DNA of 64,000 nucleotides from Mobula hypostoma (GCF_963921235.1 NC_086109.1:26538001-26602000), one strand, 5' to 3'. Positions 12,109 through 23,017 are shown, counted from the first letter of the stretch. Made by a program: numbers and translations. Notes: generated by a model not told the origin, from the sequence alone.

Positions 12109-12945
12109 TCATGGCAGATGCAATTTAATGTGGATAAATGTGAAGTTATCCACTTTGGTGGCAAAAATAGGAAAACAGATTATTATCTGAATGGTGGCCG
12201 ATTAGGAAAAGGGGAGGTGCAACGAGACCTGGGTGTCATTATACACCAGTCATTGAAAGTGGGCATGCAGGTACAGCAGGCGGTGAAAAAGGCGAACGGT
12301 ATGCTGGCATTTATAGCGAGAGGATTCGAGTACAGGAGCAGGGAGGTACTACTGCAGTTGTACAAGGCCTTGGTGAGACCACACCTGGAGTATTGTGTGC
12401 AGTTTTGGTCCCCTAATCTGAGGAAAGACATCTTTGCCATAGAGGGAGTACAAAGAAGGTTCACCAGATTGATTCCTGGGATGGCAGGTCTTTCATATGA
12501 AGAAAGACTGGATGAACTGGGCTTGTACTCGTTGGAATTTAGAAGATTGAGGGGGGATCTGATTGAAACGTATAAGATCCTAAAGGGATTGGACAGGCTA
12601 GATGCGGGAAGATTGTTCCCGATGTTGGGGAGGTCTAGAACGAGGGGTCACAGTTTGAGGAGAGAGGGGAAGCCTTTTAGGACCGAGGTTAGGAAAAACT
12701 TCTTCACACAGAGAGTGGTGAATCTGTGGAATTCTCTGCCACAGCAAACTGTTGAGGCCAGTTCATTAGCTATGTTTAAAAGGAAGTTAGATATGGCCCT
12801 TGTGGCTACAGGGGTCAGGGGGTATGGAGGGAAGGCTGGGTTCTGAGTTGGATGATCAGCCATGATCATAATAAATGGCGGTGCAGGCTCGAAGGGCCGA
12901 ATGGCCTACTCCTGCACCTATTTTCTATGTTTCTATGTTTCTATG
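12109..12945 (+). mobile_element. Young 5'-truncated CR1 LINE
   Basis: ORF 12118-12846 is nearly identical to the 4.3-5.4 kb copy (5 aa differences over 242 aa); (CTATGTTT)n tail. Confidence 0.93.
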
Positions 12946-13004
12946 ATTCTAACATCCATAGTCTCTTGTGTGTCCAATCATTAGCCAAGATGGCTGCTGG
13001 AGGG

Positions 13005-13612
13005 ATCAACAGTGGAAAGGGTGAGCAGTTTCAAGTTTCTGGGTGTCAACATCTCTGAAGATCAATCCTGGGTTGAAAATAATTGATGTAATTATGAAGA
13101 AGGCACACAAGTGGCTATGTTTCATTAGGAAATTGAGGAGATTTTGTATGTCCCAAAGACGATAGTACATTTCTACAGATATACCATCAAGAACATTCTG
13201 ACTGGTTGCATCACTGTCTGGTATGGAGGAGCCAGGATTGGAAAAGGCTGTAGAAAGTTGAAAACTCAGCCAGGTCCATTGCAGGCACACAGTACGTTTT
13301 CAAAAGGTGATGTCTCTGCAAGGCGGCATCATCATTAAGGACCCTTGCCACCTAGGGCATGGGCTCTTCTCATTATTATCTTCAGGGAGCCTGAGGACAC
13401 ACACTCAATCTTTTGGGAACCGTTCCTTCCCCTCTGCCGTCAGATTTCTGAATGGTCCATGAACCCATGAACACCACCTCACTTTTTTTTTCTCTCTGTT
13501 TGCATTACTTAATGTAACTTATGGTAATTTTAAAATGTATTGCACTGTACTGTTGCAATACAAAAAAAAATTCAGGACATATGGCAGTGATAATAAACCT
13601 GATTCTGATTCT
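13005..13612 (+). mobile_element. Rex1/Babar-like LINE 3' fragment
   Basis: VERVSSFKFLGVNISED...HFYRYTIKNILTGCITVWYG; (CTGATT)n tail. Confidence 0.75.
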
Positions 13613-13615
13613 GGG

Positions 13616-14280
13616 TTCAGAATCAAATTCGCTATCACTGACATGTGTTGCGACATTTGTTGTTTTGTGGCAACAGTACAAGATGTAAGTATTACTATAG
13701 GTAACAAAGATAAATAAATAAACAGTGCAAGAGAAAAAATAGTGAGGTAGTGTTTGTGGACTGTTCCTGAATCTGATGGTGGAGTGAATAAAGCTGTCCC
13801 TAAACCACTGAGTATGGGTTATGAACCTCCTGCACTTTCTCCCCAATGTTAATAATGTGAAAAGGGCTGGACAGTGATGGATGCTGCCTTCTTGAGGCAC
13901 TGTCTTTAGAAGATGTCTTCAATGGTGGGGGTGGGTTGTGTCAGTGATGGGGCTGGCTATGACCCTCTAAGGCTTCTTGTTATCCTGTACATAAGAGAAC
14001 TATGATACAACCAGTCAGAAAGTTCTCTACCTCTGTAAAAAAAAATACAGAGCTTTAGTGATATAACAAATCTCCTCAAACTCCTTGTTTGTGATTGCAT
14101 CAGTGTTCGTCCCTGGGCAGACCCTTAAAGATGTTGACGCTCAGGAAGTGGAAACTTCTCAGCCTTTCCACCACTGACCCCTCAATGAGGACTCGTGTGT
14201 TCTCCCAACTTCCCCTTCTTGAAGTCCACACTCCATTCTTTGACTTGTTGACACTGAGTGCAAAGTTGAGTGCCAGACTG
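13616..14280 (-). mobile_element. Rex1/Babar-like LINE 3' fragment, tail-to-tail with the previous copy
   Basis: ALSVNKSK...IEGSVVERLRSFHFLSVNI on the minus strand. Confidence 0.7.
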
Positions 14281-14419
14281 TAAAAACTAATGTTTTTTCG
14301 CTGAGTCCTGTATTCCAGTCTCACCGCAACACGATTGACATTGAAATGGCCAAGTTACCCATTCTGTTGGGCAATAAATGAGCTTTGAGAAATGATGCAC
14401 ACAAGTCAAAGAATGAATA

Positions 14420-15716
14420 GGAAATCTCAGACACTTCTCTCCCCTTTCTCGATCTCTTGGTCTCCATCTCTGGAGATAGACTGTCCACTGACATCTTCTA
14501 CAAGCACACTGACTCTCATAACTACCTCGACTATACCTCTTCCCACCCCACCACATGCAGAAATGCCATTCCCTATTCTCAGTTCCTCCGTCTCCGCCAC
14601 ATCTGCTCCCAGGATGAGGCTTTCCGTTCCAGGACATCTCAAATGTCCTCTTTCTTTAAGGATCGTGGTTTCCCTTCTACCATCATCAATGATGCCCTCA
14701 CCCGCATCTCCTCCATTTCCCGCACTTCGGCCCTCACCCCATCCTCCCGCCACCACAACAGGGACTGAGTTCCCCTTATCCTCACCTACCACCCCACCAG
14801 CCTCCAGATCCAGCACATTATCCTCCGCAACTTCCGCCACCTTCAACAGGACCCCACCACTAAGCACATCTTTCCCTCTCCACCACTCTCCGCTTTCCGC
14901 AGGGATCGGTCCCTCCGCGACTCCCTTATCCACACATCCCTCCCCACAGATCTCCCACCCAGCACTTATCCCTGTAAGCGTCAGTGCTACACCTGTCCCT
15001 ACACCTCCTCTCTTGCCACCATTCAGGGCCCCAAACAGTCCTTCCAGGTGAGGCAACACTTCACTTGGGAGTCTGTTGGGGTCATCTATTGCATCCGGTG
15101 CTCCCGCTGCGGCCTCCTCTACATCGGTGAAACCCGATGCAGATTGGGGGACCGCTTCGTCGAGCATCTCTGCTCCGTCCGCCACAACAGACAGGATTTC
15201 CCAGTAGCCACCGACTTCAACTCTGCTTCCCATTCAGATATGTCCATACATGACCTCCTCTACTGCCATGATGAGGCTAACCTCAGGTTGGAGGAGCAAC
15301 ACCTCATATACCGCCTAGGTAGTCTCCAGCCCCTTGGTATGAACATAGAATTCTCCAACTTCCGGTAATTCCCTCCCTCTCCCTTCCTCTATCCCTATGT
15401 CACTCTGCCCCCTCCCCCAGCTGCCTATCACCTCCCTCATGGTTCCGCCTCCTTTTACTACCCATTGTGTTTTCACCTATTCCTTCTTCACCTTTCCTGC
15501 CTATCACCTCCCTGCTTTCCCTCCCCCACCCCCACCCCTTTGTCTTTCCCCTTACTGGTTTTTCACTTGGAACCTACCAGCCTTCTCCTTCCCACCCTCC
15601 CCCACCTTCTTTATAGGGCCTCTGCCCCTTCCCTCTACAGTCCTGATGAAGGGTTCCGGCCCGAAACATTGACTCATCATTTCCACAGATGCTGAGTTCC
15701 TCCAGCATGTTGTGTT
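14420..15716 (+). mobile_element. Penelope-like (Neptune-type) retroelement, 5'-truncated: RT C-terminus, Cys linker, GIY-YIG, 3' HHR; 14-bp TSD
   Basis: One frame: LPFLD...YKHTDSHNYLDYTSSHP...(TGA 14766)...PCKRQCYTCPY...GVIYCIRCSRCGLLYIGET...NFR*. TSD TCAAAGAATGAATA at 14406-14419 and 15717-15730. Confidence 0.92.
15639..15674 (+). ncRNA. Minimal hammerhead motif with CpG-decayed stem III and cleavage triplet
   Basis: AGTC CTGATGA A GGGT-TCCG-GCCC GAAA CATT GACT. Confidence 0.65.
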
Positions 15717-15844
15717 TCAAAGAATGAATAAATTGAAAATCTTTGTCTCTTTCATATTAGTCAGTCTCTCCATCTATTCCAATGTATTTGCCATCTTTGT
15801 AAAACTGCATTCCCTTTTGCAAAGAGTGACATGACATGAGATTT

Positions 15845-17285
15845 AACATAGAAACATAGAAAATAGGCACATGAGTAGGCCATTTGGCCCTTCGAGCCTG
15901 CACCGCCATTCAGTATTATCATGGCTGATCATCCAACTCAGAATCCTGTACCTGCCTTCTCTCCATACCCCCTGATCCCTTTAGCCATAAGGGCCATATC
16001 TAACTTCCTCTTAAATATAGCCAATGAACTGGCCTCAACTGTTTCCTGTGGCAGAGAATTCCACAGATTCACCACTCTCCCTATGAAGAAGTTTTTCCTC
16101 ATCTCGGTCCTAAAAGGCTTCCCCTTTATCCTTAAACTGTGACCCCTCGTTCTGGACTTCCCCAACATCGGGAACAATCTTCCTGCATCTAGCCTGTCCA
16201 ATCCTTTTAGGATTTTATATGTTTCAATAAGATCCCTCCCTCAATCTTCTAAATTCCAGCGAGTATAAGCCTAGTTGATCCAGTCTTTCATCATATGAAA
16301 GTCCTGCCATCCGAGGAATCAATCTGGTGAACCTTCTTTGTACTCCCTCTGTGGCAAGAATGTCTTTCCTCAGACTAGGGGACCAAAACTGCACACAATA
16401 CTCCAGGTGTGGTCTCACCAAGGCCTTGTACAACTACAGTAGTACCTCCCTGCTCCTGTACTCGAATCCTCTTGCTATGAATGCCAGTATATCATTGGCC
16501 TTTTTCACCACCTGTTGTACCTGCATGCCCACTTTCAATGACTGGTGTATAATGACACCCAGGTCTCGTTGCACCTCCCCTTTTCCTAATCGACCACCAT
16601 TCAGATGATCTGTTTTCCTGTTTTTGCCACCAAAGTGGATAACCTCACATTTATCCACATTAAATTGCATCTGCCATAAATTTGCCCACTCACCTAACCT
16701 ATCCAAGTCACCCTGCATCCTCTTAGCATCCTCCTCACAGCTAACACTACTGCCCGTCTTCGTGTCATCCGCAAACTTGGAGATGCTGCATTTAGTTCCC
16801 TCATCTAAGTCATTAATATATATTGTAAACAACTGGGGTCCCAGCACTGAGCCTTGCGGTACCCCACTAGTCACTGCCTGCCATTCTGAAAAGGTCTCGT
16901 TTATTCCCATGCTTTGCTTCCTGTCTGCCAACCAATTCTCTATCCACATCAATACCTTATCCCCAATACCGTGTGCTTTAAGTTTGCACACTAATCTCCT
17001 GTGTGGGACCTTGTCAAAAGCCTTTTGAAGATCCAAATATACCACGTCCACTGGTTCTCCCCTATCCACTCTACTAGTTACATCCTCAAAAAATTCTATG
17101 AGATTCGTCAGACATGATTTTCCTTTCACAAATCCATGCTGACTTTGTCCAATGATTTCACCGCTTTCCAACTGTGCTGTTATCACATCTTTGATAACTG
17201 ACTCCAGCAGTTTCCCCACCACCGATATAAGGCTAACCGGTCAATAATTCCCCGGTTTCTCTCTCCCTCCTTTTTTTAAAAGCGG
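15845..17285 (-). mobile_element. CR1 LINE (RT domain, frameshifted)
   Basis: ORFs 16434-17222, 16224-16433 and 15938-16201 with QHGFVKGKSCLTNL, YLDLQKAFDKVPH and FADDTK. Confidence 0.93.
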
Positions 17286-17439
17286 CACAAACGAAATCAC
17301 TGCCAATGGTTTGCCAAAAAATGGAAACACAAGAGAATGCAGATGCTGGAATCTGGAGCAACATATGTAAAACTCAGCAGGTCAGGTGGCAAATCCGACA
17401 CGTCGGCTGTCCAATTTCCTTCCTCATTGCTGCCTCACC

Positions 17440-17960
17440 AGCTGAATCACCTCCGGAGCTTTGTCCGCGGCTCCGTGATTTGCAGCGCGGTTGCACTGAC
17501 GAGTCAGGCGCCTGGTGGTGGCGCTGCCCCGGGCGGCCGGACCGCCTCGTTGCCCAACTTGGCTCCACCGCCGGCAAGTGTTCTGCGCATGCCCGGCGTT
17601 GGCTGCAGTGGCAGGCGGCGGCGAGGGTGTGGGAGCGGAGTCGGTGAAGTGGGAGCTCGGTCGTCGACATGGTGCTCGATCTCGACCTGTTCCGCAAGGA
17701 CAAGGGGGGAGACCCCGACAAAATTCGGCAGAACCAAGTGAAGCGCTTCAAAGACGTGTCGCTGGTGGATAAGCTGGTGGAGGTGGACACGGAGTGGAGG
17801 AAATGTGGGTGTTGGATCGGTGGTGGGTGAGGGTGAGCGATGGGGAGCCGGGTGAGGTCGGTCACTGGGTGGGCGGCAAAGGCTCCTCCGGGGTCGTCTT
17901 TGTGAATGAAACTGCTGCGCATGCGTTCTACTCTTACCCGTCCCTGTCGGGTTTTAAATG
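17440..17960 (+). promoter_or_regulatory. SARS1 CpG-island promoter and exon 1 region with NRF1-like motifs
   Basis: GC- and CpG-rich stretch around the ATG; TGCGCATGC at 17584-17592 and TGCGCATGCG at 17916-17925. Confidence 0.7.
17669..17804 (+). CDS. SARS1: Cytosolic seryl-tRNA synthetase, exon 1
   Basis: [29 protein letters not shown]...EWRK; donor T|gtggg. Confidence 0.97.
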
Positions 17961-18119
17961 CAAGAGGTGTGGATAGTTACTGTGATTTCTGCCGCTTGTT
18001 TCAAAGGTGAAACGCCAACAGCGTAACAAATTAGTGACTACCTGGGGTGGTGAGGGGGTTGCTGTCTCATTCCTCAAGAGCCAAGTGTTGGTGGTTTTGG
18101 AAGTCGGAACCATTCTGAG

Positions 18120-18320
18120 CAGCAACACACAACGCTGGATTAATGCAGTGTCTGTGGAAGGAAATGGACAGTCAACGTTTCAGGTCGAGAGCTTTCATCA
18201 GGACTGATAAAGAATCTTGACGTGAAACCTTGACTGTCAATTTCCTTCAATAGATGCTGCCCGAGTTGCTGAGTTTCTCCAGTGTTTGCTCCAAATTCCA
18301 ACTTATTTGCAGTCTTTTGT
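18120..18320. mobile_element. Head-to-head Penelope-derived pair with decayed HHRs (SARS1 intron 1)
   Basis: Minus-strand HHR 18170-18205 (AGTC CTGATGA AAGCTCTCGACCT GAAA CGTT GACT) abuts a degenerate plus-strand copy at 18204-18236. Confidence 0.65.
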
Positions 18321-18714
18321 CTCCAAAATTCTCAGCAGGGTGGGCAGCTGTTGTGGAGAGGAAAACACTTAACGTTTCAGGTCATTGACTTTTCATCAGG
18401 GCCTCAATTTAGAGTGCTAACTTTGTTTCTCTTTCTACAGATGTTTTCTGCTCTTTGTAATTCAGGGTGGAGATGCAAGATGTTGGAATCTAGAGCAAAA
18501 AAAAACTCTTAAGTGCTGGACAAACTCAGTGGATTGAGTTCCATCTGTAGAGTGTGCGGGGGTGGGGGGTGGGAGAAGGGTTTTGACCTGAAACATCAAC
18601 TATATCTTTCCCCTTACAGATGCTGATTGACTTGCAAATGCATTCTGTGGCTGGATAACCTTGATGCAGTAACCGTGTAGTTCCACAGGGTGTCTGCAGT
18701 TGACTTGCAGAATC

Positions 18715-18723
18715 TGATGCAAT
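18715..18723 (+). promoter_or_regulatory. Candidate C/EBP-ATF (ATF4) response element
   Basis: Exact TGATGCAAT about 1 kb downstream of the SARS1 start codon. Confidence 0.45.
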
Positions 18724-18959
18724 CCTGTGCAAGCCAATGTTTTAGTTTTGTTTGTGGGCTGACTTTGTTTTTTTTTATCTTATTTTTTGAAGTGATTTAT
18801 ATGCTTGCTTAAGTTGCAGTGGTCCTTTTCTAAGGAGCAATTCATGTACTTCAGTTTTTACATGACTTCCTGTGGCTGAATGTCGGAAAAAATTAAGATT
18901 CACTGCTTGTAAAAATTGGATGGTATACTGAGAATATCTGGGTTTGACTGTAGTTCAAA

Positions 18960-19235
18960 CTTTATTTATTTATTGAGATACAGCATGGAATAGGCTCCTG
19001 GAGCCACACCACCAACCAACCCACCTATTTAATCCTAGCCTAATCAGTCACAATTTACAATGACTAATTAGCCTACTAACCTGTGTGTCTTTGGACTGTG
19101 GGAGGAAACTGGAGCACCTGGAGGAAACCCAACCAGTCACAGGGAGAACATATAAACTCCTTACAGCGGCAGGAAATGAACCTGTGTTGCTAGTACTGTG
19201 AAGTGATGTGCTAACCAACTACACTACCATGCCAC
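18960..19235 (-). mobile_element. V-SINE (HE1-like) tRNA-derived SINE
   Basis: V-domain reverse complement GTGGGAGGAAACTGGAGCACCTGGAGGAAACCC...GGGAGAACATATAAACTCC; (TTTA)n tail. Confidence 0.75.
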
Positions 19236-19485
19236 TCAAACTGAAGAGCTGAAAGTTTCTACTTATTTATATGAAGCTCCTTTTTAAGATTTGCTTTTTC
19301 CCCTCTTGCCTGAAACTTGTGCTCTCTGGCTTTTGACTGTACTACCCTGGGGAAACGAGTGCGACCATCCACCAAATCTATGCCTCTCTCAATTTTTTAA
19401 ACCTCAGTAGGAGTATCACCCTTTCGTATTCTAAAAGGGTGGTGAAAGTAAATCCAAAAATAACTTCCAGAAGGAAATGAATGTA

Positions 19486-21219
19486 TAATGAATTCCAGTT
19501 AATTGGAGCATCGGTTAATCAGGGCAGCCACTTACTTGGGACAATTCTTAACAAAAACAAATTGAGAAAACAACCTGGATTCCCTTCGTTTATTTGGGAC
19601 ACTATGCTGCTTAATTGGGATAGGAGGTGGTCAGTCACGTGCCGAAATCTACAATTGCACGCTTGATCCATCAGCAAAATAAACTGCAAGAAGAAAGGGA
19701 GATGAGGTAGAAGGAAACAACAGGAATTCTGCAGATGCGGGAAATTCAAGCAACATACATCAAAGTTGCTGGTGAACGCAGCAGGCCAAGCAGCATCTGT
19801 AGGAAAAGGTGCAGTCGACGTTTCAGGCCGAGACCCTTCGTGAGGTAGAAGGAGATGAGTTATTAACTTCAAACTTTCTGCATAATCACTCAAAGAGTTG
19901 AATTGCATGTGCATGTAACGAGAGCTGTATAACTCAGCTCCCACCTTAGACCACGAACTTATCAATCACCCCTGCTGTGGACCACTTTCTGGAGGTCCAA
20001 GATGCCAACTTCTACAAAGAAGGGATCTATATGCTCCATGACAGCTGGACTAAGTGTGTAAATGTAGGAGGGGACTATATTTTCTAAAATTGACTCCTTC
20101 TACCTTAGGCCACAAAATTATCAATCACCCCTGGTATGTCAGAAACTGATAACAAGAAATTGTTGGTTATTGGAGAAAGCATTAAATCTCGATGCTTTAA
20201 GGGGCTAAGAATAGATAGTTTGCCAATCGAATACTTTTCTAATAAGAATGCATGGATGACTTATAAAGTTTTTAAGAAATGGCTAATGAGTTAGGATATT
20301 GAGCTACAGTGGAAATCAAGCAAAATTCTTCTCGTCTATTGTGCATTGCACCCTAATTAGAATATTTGAGAAACATGTAGCTGGAGTTTCTGCCTGTCAG
20401 TGCAACATCTTCTATGCAACCAGTGGATATGGAAATCATAAAACATTTAAAGGTGTTAAATCACAAAGCTGGTGCACCACATTCTCAAAGCAATTGAAGA
20501 AAATCTACTGACATCTTCAACAGCCAAGGAAGTGATTGCAGGAGTTAACCTTATGTAGGCAGTACAGCTTGTCAGTGATAGTTGGCAAGAAGTAAGTAGG
20601 AAAACAATTCAGAAATGTTTTGCTCACTACAGTTTCAAGCACTCAGGTTTGGAGATGTCAGAAAATGCCAGGAATGAAAATGAGGTGATTTCACGTACTT
20701 CAGGTTACAAATGGTATTGACAATCACCTTGAATGTTACAATGAAAATGAAGATTTGGGGGATGAAATTATTGAAAGCATTGTTTCAAAACACCAAGGTG
20801 AGGAATATGAAGATGAGAAAAGTGATGAGGATGACTCAACTGAACCTGAGCTGTGACAGTGCAAGATGCCAGGAGATTTATTGTTGTACTTCATGCAGAA
20901 AGGCAATGAAGCCAGTGCATTGTCTGCACTGATTTTATTCATTTTCAGTCAGTCAGAAGTACATGCCTGCGCACACTCGATGAATTCTGCTGTTAATAAC
21001 TATTGTGAACTAATACAGTCTTAAAGTACTTTAGCCACATGGGAACTGTTCTAGTTTATTCTGTATTTTTAAAAAATATATAACATTACTTGATTAAACG
21101 ATAGTCTTTCTTTTTTTATAATACCTTTTAAATTATTTTCATCAAACTTCGGACAATTGTGGCAGCTGCTTCATTGGGCCAAAACGTCCTGATGTCTCCC
21201 AGTTAACCAGAATTCACTG
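19486..21219 (+). mobile_element. pogo/Tigger-like DNA transposon remnant (element A)
   Basis: Imperfect TIRs (TAATGAATTCCAGTTAATTGG / CCAGTTAACCAGAATTCACTG), TA flanks, decayed DDE segment LLVIGESIKSRCFKG...YFSNKNAWMT. Confidence 0.75.
19716..19840 (-). mobile_element. 125-bp Penelope-derived insert with 13-bp TSD
   Basis: TGAGGTAGAAGGA at 19703-19715 and 19841-19853. The insert is the HHR 3' half plus the conserved tail. Confidence 0.85.
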
Positions 21220-21221
21220 TA

Positions 21222-22291
21222 CACCCTATCCTCGTTATATGCAGGGGATACGTTCCTCGAAGTTGACGCATAATGTGAATAATTATTTAAATGCAGAAAA
21301 TGGGGATGCGTTCCAGAGGGCTTCGTAAATATGTTTTATCTGTAATTTATCCACATTTTCATACAACACAAAAGCAGTACCACAAGACAACATTTGTATT
21401 ATATTTCATCAATTTAAGGTAATATTCAATGTAATAAATCATAGACAGTTAACATCCTAGGGTGTAGAGTACTCCAACAGTGGCAGGTGAGTTCGCTTCG
21501 GGAGATGAGTGGTTGTTGTGGTGTCGGGCAGCTTTACATGGATAAGGTGGATGGTTGTGGTCATCAGGATCATATCAAGCACAATGAGGGGTGAAGGAAG
21601 ACTCACAGCACTCTTAGAACTGCCGTCTTTTTCAACATAAATTTGCTTGTAAGGAAGAAGGGTTGACAGTAGGGAACGACTGAAATGCTGACTCCATTCT
21701 AAACTTGGGTCCATGTCCATCGCCATTTTTGCCAGGTGTTCCAACTTCTACCATTCCCTCACCGTTGGTAAACTCCCGGGATTTTTTAAATCGTCTGTTG
21801 CTTGCAGCATCTGAGAAATAGTTAACCGTTTTTAAAAAAAATAAGTACGCCTTGAATGTGGCTCACACCTTGGTCAAGTGGTTGAATCAGCGATGTTGTG
21901 TTAGGTGGCAGGAAACGCACTGTTATGTTAGGATGAATGCTGTCCAAATGTTTAGGGTGGGCTGGTGCATTGTCAAGCAACAAAAGAACTTTAAAGGCAA
22001 GATTCTGTTCCCGGCAGTAGTGTTCCAGAGCTGTGTTACCTTCAGCTGATGTAGGTAAAACCAACAAAAGTTTAAGAGCGCAAGATCGCGCATCCACACC
22101 TTGCCAAAACGAATGTGAGACTGGCGGGAGTGAGATTGTGAGGCGCGCGCACCTGACTTGTATTGGCAGGAAAGCAGTGCTCCTCGCATAACTGAGTTTT
22201 GGACGCATATAAGGAGACATTGGTAGAAGTAGGTTCCTCGCGTAAATGTGAATCCGCATTGTCTGAAGATGCATATAACGAGGATAGGGCG
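21222..22291 (-). mobile_element. Tigger1-like pogo DNA transposon remnant (element B)
   Basis: 22-bp TIRs (21222-21243 and 22270-22291, one mismatch), TA TSDs; KVLLLLDNAPAHP...FLPPNTTSLIQPLDQGV DDE motif. Confidence 0.88.
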
Positions 22292-22535
22292 TATATATTT
22301 GAAATTTTTTCAAGGCAACAGCAGTATATCAAGAGATTGGTTTCCCTTGTGCAGAACAGGTTCCATTGTGATGGACCAATTTGCTTTTTATTTGGTGGCA
22401 AGTTTATCTTGTTTTGATCCTTTAATAGATTTATCCCTCATGCAATGTGGTTTTTGTGTAGATATAACATCATATCTTTGTTTAGTGGCTTTCAGTTAAT
22501 TTATAAATATGTTTTCAAAGGGCTTTGGATAAGAT

Positions 22536-22675
22536 CCATGTGGTTGCATTTGGTAGGGACTTTCTGCGTGGTTGCATTTGGTAGGGACTTTCTGCGTGGT
22601 TGCATTTGGTAGGGACTTTCTGCGTGGTTGCATTTGGTAGGATATTTCCATGTGGTTGCATCTGGTAGGGAATTT
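22536..22675. repeat. 28-bp minisatellite, about 5 copies
   Basis: Unit TGCGTGGTTGCATTTGGTAGGGACTTTC repeated head-to-tail. Confidence 0.92.
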
Positions 22676-23017
22676 TAAAGTTTTTCTTTGTAAAGATAAT
22701 GAAATACCCTTAATTTTAATTTGGAACTGGCTCTCTGATTGTTTAATTTCAAACTGGTAAACCAATTATTTATAACATGGAAAAATTACAAATGAGTTAT
22801 ACTTCCAAAAAAAAAGGAATTTTATTTGCCGAATGGAAGTTTGAAATGTGACTTGACATGCACCAAAAAAAATTAAATCCCATGTTAACAGACTGATTTG
22901 TTAATGGAAGACATATACTTCACTTTATACTGCTTTTTGCTCCACAAAGCTTGTTCTTATTGCTTTTCAGATAAAATGTTCAACTGTCATATTTTATGCT
23001 TCCACCTTTTATTTTAA

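Noticed and set aside
14392..15233. 219-aa Pro/Ser-rich and 268-aa antisense ORFs
   Set aside because: Alternative frames of the C-rich Penelope ORF.
17496..17507. CTGACGAGTCAG in the SARS1 promoter as a hammerhead core
   Set aside because: No downstream stem II-GAAA-NUH arrangement; it is only a short palindrome.
17306..17976. Several overlapping 60-180 aa ORFs at the SARS1 5' end
   Set aside because: By-products of the GC-rich CpG island; the real frame is the spliced SARS1 exon 1 starting at 17669.
19150..19235. tRNA-like sequence as a tRNA gene
   Set aside because: It is the degenerate head of a V-SINE, continuous with the V-domain and tail; I could not build a convincing cloverleaf.
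22536..22675. 28-bp repeats as a CRISPR array
   Set aside because: Units are head-to-tail with no unique spacers, there are no cas genes, and the context is a vertebrate intron; it is a minisatellite.
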